NCBI GenBank assembly: GCA_965242665.1
Contig: OZ251484.1
Location: forward strand, 935,064 to 999,063
DNA from: Dehalococcoidia bacterium
GTDB taxonomy: Bacteria > Chloroflexota > Dehalococcoidia > Lucifugimonadales > VXLM01
Length of the DNA stretch: 64,000 nt
Reading direction: 5' to 3'
The notes below the pieces were generated by a model. That model was not told the DNA's origin. It was given only the letters and a program-made list of their open reading frames with translations, and did no database searches. Shown here piece by piece: positions 42,698-53,336 of the stretch (within the stretch, counting starts at the first letter, position 1; every line of letters starts with the position of its first letter). The position numbers and the translations under genes are program-made.

Positions 42698-45196
42698 TCA
42701 GCTCATCTCGGCCGTGACCGTCTTTTCGTATTCTGCCAGGCGTTTTGCGAGTTTCCGGTGCTGCTCTTTGACAAGGCCAGGGTCGAGGCGCAGAATATTC
42801 TCGCACTCGGACCGTGAACGCTTGGCAGTCTCCTGGTCGGTGAGCTTTGCTATCTTCATATCAGGAGCGCCGCTCTGCCGAGTGCCGAGATAATCGCCGG
42901 CCCCGCGAAGCTCCAGGTCTTTATCGGCCAGCTTGAACCCGTCCCTGAAATTCTCGATCAGCTTGAGACGTTTCAAGGCGGATTTGCCCGGTTCGTCGGC
43001 GAGCAAGATGCAGTAGCTCTCGTGCCGGCCTCGCCCCACACGCCCCCGAAACTGATGGAGTTGCGCAAGCCCGAAACGGTCCGCCCCGTCGATCACCATG
43101 ACCGTCGCGTTCGGCACGTCGATCCCAACCTCCACGACCGGCGTCGATACGAGAATGTCGAGTTCGCCGCCCTGGAACTTGTCCATTACATCCTCCTTCT
43201 CCCGCAAGGACATTAACCCATGCAGCAGGCCAAGCCGCAGTTCCGGAAACACCTCCTTGGACAACCGCTCGTACTCGTTGACCGCCCCTCTAACGAACTT
43301 CGTCCGCCGCTCCTGCTCGCCCTCCGTCAAGCGGGCCTGACCACCCTTGTCACGAATCGGACCGCCAACCTTTATCTCCGACTCCTCAATGAAGGGAACG
43401 ACCATGAACGCCTGCCGCCCTGCCTCGACCTGCGACCTGACGAATTTGTACACGACGCCCCTCCGTTCGGGCCGCTCGTACCGCGTGACGATCTGCGGAC
43501 GACCCGCAGGCATCTCGTCGATGATCGACACGTCCAACTCCCCATACACCGTGAGCGCGAGGGAGCGCGGTATCGGCGTAGCGGACATGACCAGCATATG
43601 CGGCCGCGTTCCTCTGCTGCGGAGCGCAAAGCGCTGCATGACTCCGAACCGGTGCAGCTCGTCGACGACCGCGAGCGCGAGCTTGGGGATATCCACACTC
43701 TCTTGAATCAGCGCGTGCGTTCCAATGACGATGTCGATCTGCCCGGCCGCAAGCATCAGGCGAGTGTCGTCCTTCACGCGCTTCGATAGGCTCCCCAGCA
43801 GCAAACCGACCGTCACCTCACGTTCTCCAAGTTGGATGTTGGCGATGTATTGGCTGCCGTCTTTGGAACCTCCTCCCCGGAGCAGGCGCGTGATCGTGAG
43901 GAAGTGCTGCTCGGCCAGGATCTCCGTCGGCGCAAGGATGGCCGCTTGGTATCCGTTCAGCACCGCAGCAAGCATGGCGACCGCAGCCACGACAGTCTTG
44001 CCGCTCCCGACGTCGCCCTCCAACATCCTGTTCATAGGCCTCGCAGTTTGGATGTCCGACAGGATCTCGTCTGTTGCCCGCTTCTGCGCGTCCGTAAACG
44101 AGAACGGAAGCGAGTCGACGAATGTGTCGACTCCGGGGAGCCCAACGTCCAACGCAATGCCGCCCTCCAGTTCCTGCCATGCCTGCCTGCGGCGCAAGAC
44201 CTCCATCTGGAGCAAGAACAACTCGTCGAAGGCCAACCGCTGTCGCGCGGCCTCTGCCGCGGCGAAAGAATCGGGGTAGTGTATCTGCGAGAAGGCCGAT
44301 TCGATACCGAGAAGTCCGTTCCGGTGCAAAACATCCTCAGGCAAGTATTCCTCGATCTGCGACTTGCAGTCGTCAATAGCGCGCTTGACGATGCTCTGCA
44401 TCGTCCGTTGGTAGAGACCCTCCACGAGGGGATACACGGGCACGAGGCGGCCGGTGTGCACCAAATCGCCTTGCCCCCGCAAGGTCTCGTATTCATCATA
44501 TGCAGGGTTCTCGAACTGTAGGAGGTTGGAGCTGAACTCGGTAACCTTTCCGCCGACGGACAATTTCGTGCCAGGCCGAAACCTGTTGGCCAAGTAGCCT
44601 TGGTTGATCCAGGTCACCCATACCCTGCCAGTGCTGTCGCTGAGCACCGCATGCGCGGACGAATTCTTGGATCCAAACGCGCGCTCCGATATCTGGCTGA
44701 CGGTGCCCAGAACGGTCTGTTCCTTGCCGATCTCCAAATCCTCGATCTGGCGAATGTCCGATAAGTCCTCATATCGGATTCGAAAGTGACTCAGCAGATC
44801 TCTGACCGTCTCAAGTCCGAGACGCCGGAGTTTTGGTCGGTTCCACGTGGTGACGCCCCGTACCTTTGAAACATCGTCGTCGATCTGCAGGGGAGGCGGC
44901 GCAGGTGAAACCCGCCTGAATTCCTTCTTTCGAGGCTCCGCCTTTCGAGGCTCCGCCTTCCGAGGCTCGGGCGCAGGAAGTCGACCCAGCACATCCGCGA
45001 CCCAGCGCTGTCGCTCCTCCCGCGGCATGGACGAGTAATTCGGGGGGCTGCCAATGATCGACGACAGCTGGGCCGACCACTGATCCAGAAATCGATCCAA
45101 CCCTCCAATGACGACCCTATCCTCGAATCCCTGTTCTCGTTCGAGTCCGAGGATCCGGCGAAATGCGGCAATACGTTGAAAATCACTATCTTCCAT
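42698..45196 (-). CDS. recG: ATP-dependent DNA helicase RecG (with N-terminal extension)
   Basis: 'MLEGDVGSGKT', 'VVDELHRFGV', 'MSATPIPRS' and 'LHQFRGRVGRG', with the wedge/OB region upstream. The N-terminal extension contains (EPRKA)x3. Confidence 0.95.
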   Translation of the reverse strand: MEDSDFQRIAAFRRILGLEREQGFEDRVVIGGLDRFLDQWSAQLSSIIGSPPNYSSMPREERQRWVADVLGRLPAPEPRKAEPRKAEPRKKEFRRVSPAPPPLQIDDDVSKVRGVTTWNRPKLRRLGLETVRDLLSHFRIRYEDLSDIRQIEDLEIGKEQTVLGTVSQISERAFGSKNSSAHAVLSDSTGRVWVTWINQGYLANRFRPGTKLSVGGKVTEFSSNLLQFENPAYDEYETLRGQGDLVHTGRLVPVYPLVEGLYQRTMQSIVKRAIDDCKSQIEEYLPEDVLHRNGLLGIESAFSQIHYPDSFAAAEAARQRLAFDELFLLQMEVLRRRQAWQELEGGIALDVGLPGVDTFVDSLPFSFTDAQKRATDEILSDIQTARPMNRMLEGDVGSGKTVVAAVAMLAAVLNGYQAAILAPTEILAEQHFLTITRLLRGGGSKDGSQYIANIQLGEREVTVGLLLGSLSKRVKDDTRLMLAAGQIDIVIGTHALIQESVDIPKLALAVVDELHRFGVMQRFALRSRGTRPHMLVMSATPIPRSLALTVYGELDVSIIDEMPAGRPQIVTRYERPERRGVVYKFVRSQVEAGRQAFMVVPFIEESEIKVGGPIRDKGGQARLTEGEQERRTKFVRGAVNEYERLSKEVFPELRLGLLHGLMSLREKEDVMDKFQGGELDILVSTPVVEVGIDVPNATVMVIDGADRFGLAQLHQFRGRVGRGRHESYCILLADEPGKSALKRLKLIENFRDGFKLADKDLELRGAGDYLGTRQSGAPDMKIAKLTDQETAKRSRSECENILRLDPGLVKEQHRKLAKRLAEYEKTVTAEMS

Positions 45197-45353
45197 GTCT
45201 ACGCATTAGAGTACCGAACTCCCCATAGACTTGCCAACCGGTGACGGCGAAAGCCTGCCGGAGTGGATATTCGCCCTGGGCGGCGCTATTGCATCCTCTT
45301 TACCCCCCAACTCCGATGTGGCACACTCTTTCTATACGCGGAGGCATACGAGA

Positions 45354-46757
45354 ATGACAAGTCCCTACCTGTTCATCGACAACCTATGGATCGACGAAAT
45401 GCAAGGCGTCAGCAGAACTTTGAACCAGCCGGCCAAGTACGCAGGCAACCCGATCATGATCCCGCTGTACCCCTGGGAAGGACGCCTCGCCCTCTACGGC
45501 ACCGTATGGAACGACGGAGAGGACGGACGCTTCCGCATGTGGTACCAAGGCTACGCAGGAATGGGCGTCCCCAGCATGGGGGCCGACCTGCAAAGCTCTC
45601 CATGGAAGGGATTCGACGCAGCGAACCTGCTCTACACTATCGGCTACGCCACATCGAACGACGGCATCTTCTGGAATCGCCCCAACCTAGGACTGATCGA
45701 ATACGACGGGTCGAAAGACAACAACCTCGTCCTCCTGGACGCCGCGTTCGCCAACATCATCAAGGACGACCGAGACCCCAACCCTGACCGACTCTACAAG
45801 TCCCTCTTCTTTGAGGCGCGCGACCCCGCGGGTACGCCAAACATAGGAGACGGCGTGTCCGTCGCGTTCTCCCCGGACGGACTGCACTGGACCAAGTACC
45901 ATGGAAACCCCGTCATCACACAGTCGAGCGACTCGCATACCCTCCTCGGCTGGGACGACCTGCACGGAAAGTACGTCTCCTACTGCCGTCCATCCGTCCA
46001 TGAAGGCAATATGACCAGGAGGATCGGACGCTCGGTCAGCGACGACTTCGTCACATGGACCATCCCCGAGGACGTCTTGGTCCCAGACGATGACGATCCT
46101 CCGGGCCTCGAATTCTACGGGATGCCCGTCTTCAAGTATCACGACATCTATATCGGCCAGCTCCTCGCCTACCACACGCCCCCGGAAGAGCCCCAGATCA
46201 GATTCGCCGGCACGGTAGACGTCCAACTCGCCGTCAGCCGCGACGGCATCGACTGGACGCGAGCAGGAGGACGGAAGCCCTTCCTCCCAAACGGGCCTCC
46301 GGGCAGCCTGGATGCGGGCGAGATATACATGGCAAGAGGACCCGTCACAGTCGGCGACGAGCTATGGTTCTACTACTCGGCGTGCCCAGTCGAGCACGGA
46401 ATCACCGGGCGGAGCGGACCCATCTGCCTGGCCAAGCTCAGAATCGACGGGTTCGCTTCGATCGACGCAGGACAAGAGACCGGCGCGCTCATCACCAAAC
46501 CCTTCCGTGCGGACGGAGAACGGCTCTCCTTGAATGCCGCCGCGCGCGGCGGCGCAGTCTCCGTGGCCGTCCTCGATGAACACGGCGTCCAACACGACGG
46601 GTTCCAAAGGGCAGACTGCGCCCTATTCGACGGCGACGCGGTCGACCACATCGTTACATGGCGAGCCAAATCATCCCTCGCCGAACTCCGCGGACGCCCC
46701 ATCCGGCTCAAGTTCTACCTCCGAAACGCCGCTCTATACTCCTTCACCATACGGTAG
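45354..46757 (+). CDS. hypothetical five-bladed beta-propeller glycoside-hydrolase-like protein
   Basis: I prefer the ATG at 45354, which has GGAGG 9 nt upstream. Repeated propeller-like segments ('GYATSNDGIFWNRP', 'AFSPDGLHWTKYHGNPV', 'GRSVSDDFVTWT', 'AVSRDGIDWTR') resemble the GH32/43/130 clan. No family is assigned. Confidence 0.5.
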   Translation: MTSPYLFIDNLWIDEMQGVSRTLNQPAKYAGNPIMIPLYPWEGRLALYGTVWNDGEDGRFRMWYQGYAGMGVPSMGADLQSSPWKGFDAANLLYTIGYATSNDGIFWNRPNLGLIEYDGSKDNNLVLLDAAFANIIKDDRDPNPDRLYKSLFFEARDPAGTPNIGDGVSVAFSPDGLHWTKYHGNPVITQSSDSHTLLGWDDLHGKYVSYCRPSVHEGNMTRRIGRSVSDDFVTWTIPEDVLVPDDDDPPGLEFYGMPVFKYHDIYIGQLLAYHTPPEEPQIRFAGTVDVQLAVSRDGIDWTRAGGRKPFLPNGPPGSLDAGEIYMARGPVTVGDELWFYYSACPVEHGITGRSGPICLAKLRIDGFASIDAGQETGALITKPFRADGERLSLNAAARGGAVSVAVLDEHGVQHDGFQRADCALFDGDAVDHIVTWRAKSSLAELRGRPIRLKFYLRNAALYSFTIR

Positions 46758-46768
46758 AGAATCGACAA

Positions 46769-47788
46769 GTGGCGCGCTACGTCTACATCCCCTTGACGCA
46801 GGAGCGGAAGTTCCTCGTCTTCGACATGGACGGAGCATCAGGAAAGCTCTCCCTGACTCGAGAAATCGACATCCCAGCGCAGCCATGGCAGCTATGCGCG
46901 TCTCCCGACGGAGGACGCCTGTACCAGCAGGTCAGAGACAGCGGCTACAGCGGCATCATGAGCTTTCGGATAGACCGCGCAACCGGACACGTCTCACAGA
47001 TCGGCGAATTGGAGTTGGAAGCGGACGCATGTTACGTATCCACAGACAGAACGGGAAGATTCCTCCTGGCCGCCTATCTCTTTCCGGGCATGGTGACCGT
47101 CCACCCCATTGACGCAAACGGCGCCGTGCGCGGCCCCGCGCTCGAAAGACGAGAAACCGCACTCTACGCCCACTGCATCGCCGCAGACCGCTCGAACCAG
47201 TTCGCCTTCGTGCCGCATGTCACACCCACCGACGCGATCTACCAATTCCAGTTCGACCAGACCACAGGCAGGCTCACTCCGTGCGCGCCCCCGAAAATCG
47301 AAACCCCGCCCGGACACGGCCCCCGCCACATCGCATTCCATCCAACCATAGACATCATATACGCAAACGCAGAACAGGCCTCCCGTGCAGCCGTCTACCG
47401 CATCGATCCCGCACGCGGCGCATTGGAACCGATCCAATCCCTGTCCACGCTTCCCGATGATTCCTTCGAAGGGAAGAACAGCACGGGAACCATCCGCGTC
47501 CACCCTTCCGGAGCCGCCGTGTACGTCTCGAACCGAGGACATGACAGCATCGCCTCGTTCACCGCCGATCCCGGAACTGGACTCCTCTCTCCATCCGGCC
47601 GCGAGCCAACCGGACCATGTCCAAGAACGCTGGGCATCGATCCAGATGGAAGATTCCTCCTCGCGGGCAGCGACCATGCAGGCCAAGTCTCGTCGTACCA
47701 AATCGACCAGACGACCCGTCTCCATCCCCAGGAAACCTACGACATCGGCATGTGGCCGTCGTGGATACTCCCCGCGAATGTCACGTAA
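46769..47788 (+). CDS. lactonase, seven-bladed beta-propeller family (6-phosphogluconolactonase-like)
   Basis: I prefer the GTG at 46769, just after the previous stop. 'YVYIP..FLVFDMD..GKL', 'SPDGGRLY', 'TDRTGRFLLAAY', 'HPSGAAVYVSNRGHDSIASF' and 'IDPDGRFLLAG' fit the PF10282-like repeat pattern. Confidence 0.7.
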   Translation: MARYVYIPLTQERKFLVFDMDGASGKLSLTREIDIPAQPWQLCASPDGGRLYQQVRDSGYSGIMSFRIDRATGHVSQIGELELEADACYVSTDRTGRFLLAAYLFPGMVTVHPIDANGAVRGPALERRETALYAHCIAADRSNQFAFVPHVTPTDAIYQFQFDQTTGRLTPCAPPKIETPPGHGPRHIAFHPTIDIIYANAEQASRAAVYRIDPARGALEPIQSLSTLPDDSFEGKNSTGTIRVHPSGAAVYVSNRGHDSIASFTADPGTGLLSPSGREPTGPCPRTLGIDPDGRFLLAGSDHAGQVSSYQIDQTTRLHPQETYDIGMWPSWILPANVT

Positions 47789-47837
47789 CCCCTAAACCCG
47801 TGTACACTACGCAGTACGACCACACGGAGGCCAGACA

Positions 47838-48644
47838 TTGAAAATCACAGAACTGACCGTCCGCGCCCTCGGCGAACAGATCACCTGCTGGCTTGCGTCG
47901 CCCGACCCTTCCAAACTGCACGAACGGTCGTCCATTCTCTTGAACATAAGCGCCACGAGACAAGACGCGCTCCTCGATCCTCGACAAAACCACCCAACCA
48001 AGCCCTTCCTCGATGCAGGCCATCACGTCTTGAGCTTCGACCTGCCGCACCACGGCGACCGAATAGACCCCGGCGCACTGGAAAGCGTGCCCCCGGGCGC
48101 GGCGAACGGCCACCTCCGCGCAATGAGCAAAGCGCTAGCGGCCGGCAACGATCCCTTCGAGCAGTTCGTAGCGGACGGCAAGGCCGCACTGGATGCCAGC
48201 ATCGAGCGGGTAGACGGCATCGCCGGCACGGTCGTCGGATACGGCGTATCCCGCGCGGCCTATTGCCTCCTGCGCCTCGCCGCAGCCGACCGACGCATCA
48301 GCGCAGTCGCAGGACCATCCCCGGTAACCGACTGGGCTCAAATCGGAGAATTCGCCGACCACATCGACCCATCGGAGACCAAGCGGCTCCACATCGAGAA
48401 CTGGGCGGCGCAGATTGCGGATCGCGCCGTATACCTCTGCATCGGCAGCCAAGATGACATCGTGGGAACCAAGTCCTGCGTGCAGTTTGCCATGAACCTC
48501 TTCGAGCGGCAGAGAGCAGCGCTCCCGGAAGGCATGCTCCGCAACCAACTCCACGTCGTCGACTCCCCGTCCCACTCTCCAACCGAATACTGGCGCCTCG
48601 ACGCTACCCGATTCTTGCTCCAAGCATGTCGAGACGCGGACTAA
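47838..48644 (+). CDS. alpha/beta-hydrolase-fold protein
   Basis: 268 aa with a TTG start. Nucleophile-elbow-like 'GYGVSRAAY', and late 'GSQDDIV' and 'SPSHSP' segments. Weak. Confidence 0.45.
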   Translation: MKITELTVRALGEQITCWLASPDPSKLHERSSILLNISATRQDALLDPRQNHPTKPFLDAGHHVLSFDLPHHGDRIDPGALESVPPGAANGHLRAMSKALAAGNDPFEQFVADGKAALDASIERVDGIAGTVVGYGVSRAAYCLLRLAAADRRISAVAGPSPVTDWAQIGEFADHIDPSETKRLHIENWAAQIADRAVYLCIGSQDDIVGTKSCVQFAMNLFERQRAALPEGMLRNQLHVVDSPSHSPTEYWRLDATRFLLQACRDAD

Positions 48645-48647
48645 TCG

Positions 48648-50576
48648 ATGACGACTAGCCGGATACCGGACCTCCGCATCCCTCCCGCCATGACCAAGCT
48701 GGCAGCGTGGATACGCCCGACGACCGACGACGCGCGCGAACTGCCGCTGACGCACCGACTGGCCATAGCCTACCTCATGCTGCCCGTGGTCATCTGGCTA
48801 GTCGGCTGGTTCGAGTGGTGGGTCGGTATTCCAGCCGTGATCCTCCTAATCGCAGCCTTCTGGCATGTGGTATCCGGCACGTGGCGCAAGAAGCTGCCCG
48901 CCACCGCGGCCGCAGTGATTGCAACGGCCGCCTGCTGGGTAATGGTGACGGCCGCAGGCGGCGTGTTCGACACACAGAACGGAGATTGGGCGCACCATCG
49001 CACGACGCACCTCGATCTCGGCCGCTATCCCTGGCCTACCTTCCTGCCGTCCCCTCTTGCCGAATTCACATCAGACGAAGACTACTCCCCCCCTCTCCTG
49101 CGTTACTATCTCGGCTACTACATAGCGCCGGCCCTGGCCGCGCAGTGGCTGGGACTCGGCGCCATGAATTGGGCCGTGCCCCTCTGGACATGGATCGGAG
49201 TCGCCCTCATCCTCCTCTTGTTCACGCGCGAACGGCGCGGCTGGGGCATCGCACTGGCCACAGTGTTCTTCATCCTCTTCAGCGGCATGGACATCCTCAG
49301 AGTATTAGTGTGGGAAGGGTGGGGCTGGATCGACCTAGACATCAAACGAGGAGGATTGCCCGGTCTCAGCGTCGGGAGCGACCACATCGAATGGGAATGG
49401 CTCTGGGGCAAGACGCAATACCCGTCCAACATGACGAGCCTGATGTGGGCTCCTCAGCACTTCATCCCGGCCGGACTGTACGTCCTATTGATGCTGCAAC
49501 TTCGCCGGCATCGGCGCTTCTTGGCGGTGAGCGGCGTCCTCGCGGCAGCCGGCCTGTTCTGGTCCGCATTCGTCCCCATCGGACTACTCCCCCTGATAGC
49601 AGCGCTGCTCTGGGAAAACGGCATCCGCCCATTCCTCCGCTGGCCAAACCTCCTGCTCGCAGCGCCCCTGGCCGCCCTCATCACGTTGTACCTGACCAGC
49701 GGATCGACAGACTTCCCAAGCGGCTGGATATGGGAAGGGAACGATTGGGCGTCCATGATCCGGTGGGTGCCATCGTTCTATCTGTCTGAGTTCCTCCTGC
49801 TCGTCATCCTGCTACTGATTGTACGACCCGAGTTGCGCCGTGAACCATTCTTCATCGCGTCCGCCGCAACCCTAATCCTCCTCCCCGTATACCATTTCGG
49901 CATCGCCAACGACTTGACGACACGCGCCTCCTTGCCCTCCCTCATCCTGCTCTGCTGGTACTGCGCGGAGACCATCATAGAGCACTTGCGTACAAGAACG
50001 TATCTCCAGTGGAGGTACTCCATCGCCATCGCCTGCATCGTCGCTATCCTGGCCATCGGCTCAGTCACCGCGTTCATCGAACTCACGCGCGCTCAGCGAA
50101 ATGACGGCTGGAGGTTCCTGCACGAGAAGGCCAACAATACCGCCATGCTCGACCTATCTGAGGAGTGGCTAGCGGTGAAAACCGCCTACGACATCCCTGC
50201 ATCCCTCCGGCTCCTCTTGGAGGACGTCGCCCCTCAACCAAGGTACGAAAGATGGGATTTGATCATCCAATCCAAATTCGACATCTATCTCGTCGAGAAT
50301 AGATTGATGTACGTCAAGGAACCATGCACGAGAGCGGATACCGAGCCCCGCTTCTTCTTGCACGTCATCCCAGTCGACCAAGCAGACCTCCCAGGAGACC
50401 GCAAACAGCACGGCTTCGATAACCTCGACTTCGGATTCGGGGACAGATTCCTATCCGACGGCCTATGCTTCTTGCCTAAGGATCTCCCATACTATGGGGT
50501 TGCTAGAATCGTAACCGGGCAATTCACGAGCGACGGACGAATATGGAGCGGCGAGGCAATTCTCAACGACGAGTAG
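48648..50576 (+). CDS. large polytopic membrane protein (hypothetical)
   Basis: 642 aa with about 12 hydrophobic helices followed by a ~160-aa soluble C-terminal domain. I recognise no motif. Confidence 0.6.
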   Translation: MTTSRIPDLRIPPAMTKLAAWIRPTTDDARELPLTHRLAIAYLMLPVVIWLVGWFEWWVGIPAVILLIAAFWHVVSGTWRKKLPATAAAVIATAACWVMVTAAGGVFDTQNGDWAHHRTTHLDLGRYPWPTFLPSPLAEFTSDEDYSPPLLRYYLGYYIAPALAAQWLGLGAMNWAVPLWTWIGVALILLLFTRERRGWGIALATVFFILFSGMDILRVLVWEGWGWIDLDIKRGGLPGLSVGSDHIEWEWLWGKTQYPSNMTSLMWAPQHFIPAGLYVLLMLQLRRHRRFLAVSGVLAAAGLFWSAFVPIGLLPLIAALLWENGIRPFLRWPNLLLAAPLAALITLYLTSGSTDFPSGWIWEGNDWASMIRWVPSFYLSEFLLLVILLLIVRPELRREPFFIASAATLILLPVYHFGIANDLTTRASLPSLILLCWYCAETIIEHLRTRTYLQWRYSIAIACIVAILAIGSVTAFIELTRAQRNDGWRFLHEKANNTAMLDLSEEWLAVKTAYDIPASLRLLLEDVAPQPRYERWDLIIQSKFDIYLVENRLMYVKEPCTRADTEPRFFLHVIPVDQADLPGDRKQHGFDNLDFGFGDRFLSDGLCFLPKDLPYYGVARIVTGQFTSDGRIWSGEAILNDE

Positions 50577-50722
50577 CCGCAGCCTGAAGCTGCCCATACC
50601 CTCCTGAGTCTCGGCCGCTCCCTCACCAACCTTTGAATCTCCGAATCGAGTACAATAGCCCCTACCTTCCAAAGACGAACCGAAACCCATCGACCAACGA
50701 GTCGACCACAAGGAGCACTGAC

Positions 50723-52291
50723 ATGCCGTCCCAACCCCAACCCCTGCCGCTGATATTCACCGACGACGCCTGGATCATGAGCGAGAAGCCTCCCGTGACC
50801 CCGGAAACGATCCGCGAAAAGATGATCCGCCCCCTCGAAGGAATGTCCGCCGCCCTCTGGTGGTCGGTCGGCGACCACGAAGTCTACCACCACGAAACCC
50901 AGATCGGAGAGATCATGGGAGACGGATACGACCTATCCGACCTCGAAGAACGCTCCCGTTGGAAAGCGCAAAACGTCCGCAGCCTCATGGAAACCGACGA
51001 GGGGCCGGTGACCGTCATCGCCTCCCTCTGCCGCGAAGCAGGCATCGAGTTCATCCCCCGCGTCCGCATGAACAGCCACTACGCATACTTCATGCCGCCC
51101 TATGCAAAATCCTACAGCCCAGAATACGGCAAGTTCCGACAAGAACACCCAAACCTCCTCATCGGACGACCAGACGAAGACATCCCAAAGGGAACGATCG
51201 ACTGGGACATCCGAACAGGCAAGGACTACGCCTATCCCGCCGTCCGCGACTACATGTACTCCATCATCACCGAGCTGTTCGAACGCTTCGACGTCGACGG
51301 CGTAGAGATGGACTTCAACCGGCATCCCGCCATGTTTCGCCGCGAGGAAGCCTACCAAAACCGCTATCTGATGACCGACCTCGTGAGCCGCGTGCGAACA
51401 CGGATGAACGAAGTAGGCGCAGAGCGCGGGCGCACCCTCAAGCTGGGCGTCCGCGTTCCCCCGACCCTCGCAGACTCGGCCAGAATCGGCCTGGACGTCC
51501 GCAGATGGATCGCAGACGGACTAGTCGACGTCGTTGCCGCCGGAGTCGGCTGGATCCCCTTCGAGATGCCCATTGCCGAATTCGTAGAAGCCGCGCGCGG
51601 AACCAATACCAGCGTCTACGGATGCCTCGAATCCCTACGCCCACTCATAGACGACAACGCACTCAAAGCCGCCGCATACCGCTACTGGCGCGCAGGCGTA
51701 GACGGAATCTACCTCTACAACTACTTCACCATGTCCCCACAATGGATCCACCGCACCCTCCCGCAACTGGCCAACCCCAACGCCCTCGCACGCGCAGACA
51801 AACGCTACGAAGCCGACCACGCAGACCGCATCGGATACGGCGGACACGGCGGCGCCTTCAGAAACGCCGTCCCCGCAGCGCAACTCCCCATCACCCTAGC
51901 GCAGACCGCCTCCGACCGCGGACCAGTCGTGCGCATCGAAATCGCAGACGACCTCGACCGCGCGACAGCAGAGGAAACCCTCGGGCGCTGCACCTTGGGA
52001 ATCACCATCGCCCGCACCGTACCCGACGACGAATTCGACGTCCTCCTGAACGGAACCGTCCTCCCATGGGGAACCGGACGCACCGTATCCACCGAAACCG
52101 GGCCCACATGGCCCACCTTCGCCCGAACCATCGGCCTCCAATACGACATCGAAAGCCCCCCCCTGCGGCAAGGCATCAACGAAGTGGAAATCCGCCGCAC
52201 GACGCCCGCCGCCAACCACCAAGAACCCCCAACCCTCACAAACGTCGAAATCACCATAACCTACCTCGACCCGGAGCCCCCTCGACCATGA
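50723..52291 (+). CDS. hypothetical TIM-barrel glycoside-hydrolase-like protein
   Basis: I prefer the ATG at 50723, which has AAGGAG 7 nt upstream. 'FDVDGVEMDFNRHP' and 'GVDGIYLYNYF' resemble GHL10-type barrels. Low certainty. Confidence 0.45.
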   Translation: MPSQPQPLPLIFTDDAWIMSEKPPVTPETIREKMIRPLEGMSAALWWSVGDHEVYHHETQIGEIMGDGYDLSDLEERSRWKAQNVRSLMETDEGPVTVIASLCREAGIEFIPRVRMNSHYAYFMPPYAKSYSPEYGKFRQEHPNLLIGRPDEDIPKGTIDWDIRTGKDYAYPAVRDYMYSIITELFERFDVDGVEMDFNRHPAMFRREEAYQNRYLMTDLVSRVRTRMNEVGAERGRTLKLGVRVPPTLADSARIGLDVRRWIADGLVDVVAAGVGWIPFEMPIAEFVEAARGTNTSVYGCLESLRPLIDDNALKAAAYRYWRAGVDGIYLYNYFTMSPQWIHRTLPQLANPNALARADKRYEADHADRIGYGGHGGAFRNAVPAAQLPITLAQTASDRGPVVRIEIADDLDRATAEETLGRCTLGITIARTVPDDEFDVLLNGTVLPWGTGRTVSTETGPTWPTFARTIGLQYDIESPPLRQGINEVEIRRTTPAANHQEPPTLTNVEITITYLDPEPPRP

Positions 52292-52299
52292 GCCACCTC

Positions 52300-52575
52300 C
52301 CCGGGGTATCGTCATTCCCACCCTACCTACGTCATCCCCCGGGGGCTCGTCATTCCCACCCCGCCTACGTCATTCCCGCGTAGGCGGGAATCTCCCTACA
52401 GGCCTAGTCCAAGCTCAGTGTCACCCACGTCACTCCCGCACCCTCCCACGTCATTCCCGCGTAGGCGGGAATCTCCCTACAGGCCTAGTCCAAGCTCAGT
52501 GTCACCCACATCACTCCCACACCCTCCCACGTCATTCCCGCACCCTCCCACGTCATTCCCGCGTAGGCGGGAATC
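52300..52575. repeat. REP-like cluster including an 81-bp tandem duplication
   Basis: Hairpins at 52369-52392, 52450-52473 and 52552-52575. The unit GTCATTCCCGCGTAGGCGGGAATCTCCCTACAGGCCTAGTCCAAGCTCAGTGTCACCCAC... is repeated with an 81-bp period. Confidence 0.95.
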
Positions 52576-52665
52576 CCCCACAGCAAACGAAACCCGCACC
52601 CCCTTGACACGCCTCCCCATGATGTGTATCATACATACACATACCCACTCCCAAAGGACACTCCA

Positions 52666-52941
52666 ATGGCCAGGGTTCAACTCATAATCCCCGACGAAGA
52701 CCGCGACCGCTTCGCACATCAGGCGCGCAGCGAAGGCCTAACCTTCAGCGCTTGGATGCGCACCGCCGCACGACAACGCCTCGAAGAACGCCAACTCGCA
52801 CAACGATTCGACTCCCCACAAGACCTCCACCAATTCCTCGATGAATGCGCCGCACGACGAGGCCCAGGCATCGAACCAGATTGGGAAGAGCACAAGCGCG
52901 CAATCGGCGAATCACGCCTCCACGGCCTCCCCAGCGTATGA
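52666..52941 (+). CDS. vapB: ribbon-helix-helix antitoxin (VapB/CopG-like)
   Basis: 'MARVQLIIPDEDRDRFAHQARSEGLTFSAWMRTAA' is an RHH pattern. AGGA lies upstream. Its stop overlaps the next ATG (ATGA). Confidence 0.75.
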   Translation: MARVQLIIPDEDRDRFAHQARSEGLTFSAWMRTAARQRLEERQLAQRFDSPQDLHQFLDECAARRGPGIEPDWEEHKRAIGESRLHGLPSV

Positions 52942-53336
52942 TCTTCGTCGACTCCAACGTCTTCATGTACGCAGTCGGAAAACCCCACGCGCTCCGATCC
53001 CCAGCCGTGCAGTTCTTCACCGACGCCATCCACAGACGCAAACCCCTCGCCACATCCGCAGAAGTCCTCCAAGAACTGACCCACGTCTACCTCCGCGCAG
53101 GAAGAACCGACACCCTAGACGACGCCCTCACCCTCATCTCCAGAGCAGGCGTGGAAGTATGGCCCCTAGAAGAAGCAGACGTCACCCTCGCACGCCAACT
53201 CCACGACCGCTACCCCGCACTAGAAGCCAGAGACCTCTGCCACCTCGCCAGCTGCCGACGCAGAGGCATCCAAGAAATCATGACATTCGACCAAGCCCTC
53301 GCAAACGCATCCCCAACGACCAACCCCCGGCCATGA
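52938..53336 (+). CDS. vapC: PIN-domain toxin VapC
   Basis: 132 aa. 'MIFVDSNVFMY' (first Asp), 'SAEVLQEL', 'EARDLCHLA' and 'IMTFD' give the four acidic PIN positions. Its stop overlaps the hsdS ATG (ATGA). Confidence 0.85.
   Translation: MIFVDSNVFMYAVGKPHALRSPAVQFFTDAIHRRKPLATSAEVLQELTHVYLRAGRTDTLDDALTLISRAGVEVWPLEEADVTLARQLHDRYPALEARDLCHLASCRRRGIQEIMTFDQALANASPTTNPRP

Noticed and set aside
50860-52383. 507-aa Arg/Pro-rich ORF overlapping the 50723..52291 gene in another frame
   Set aside because: It is a shadow frame with low-complexity RRRP composition. The other frame has protein-like sequence and a good ribosome-binding site.
52841-53332. N-terminal 164 aa of the 599-aa tracked ORF containing hsdS
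   Set aside because: This part is Arg/Pro-rich and overlaps vapB and vapC out of frame. HsdS homology begins at the ATG at 53333, which is coupled to the vapC stop.
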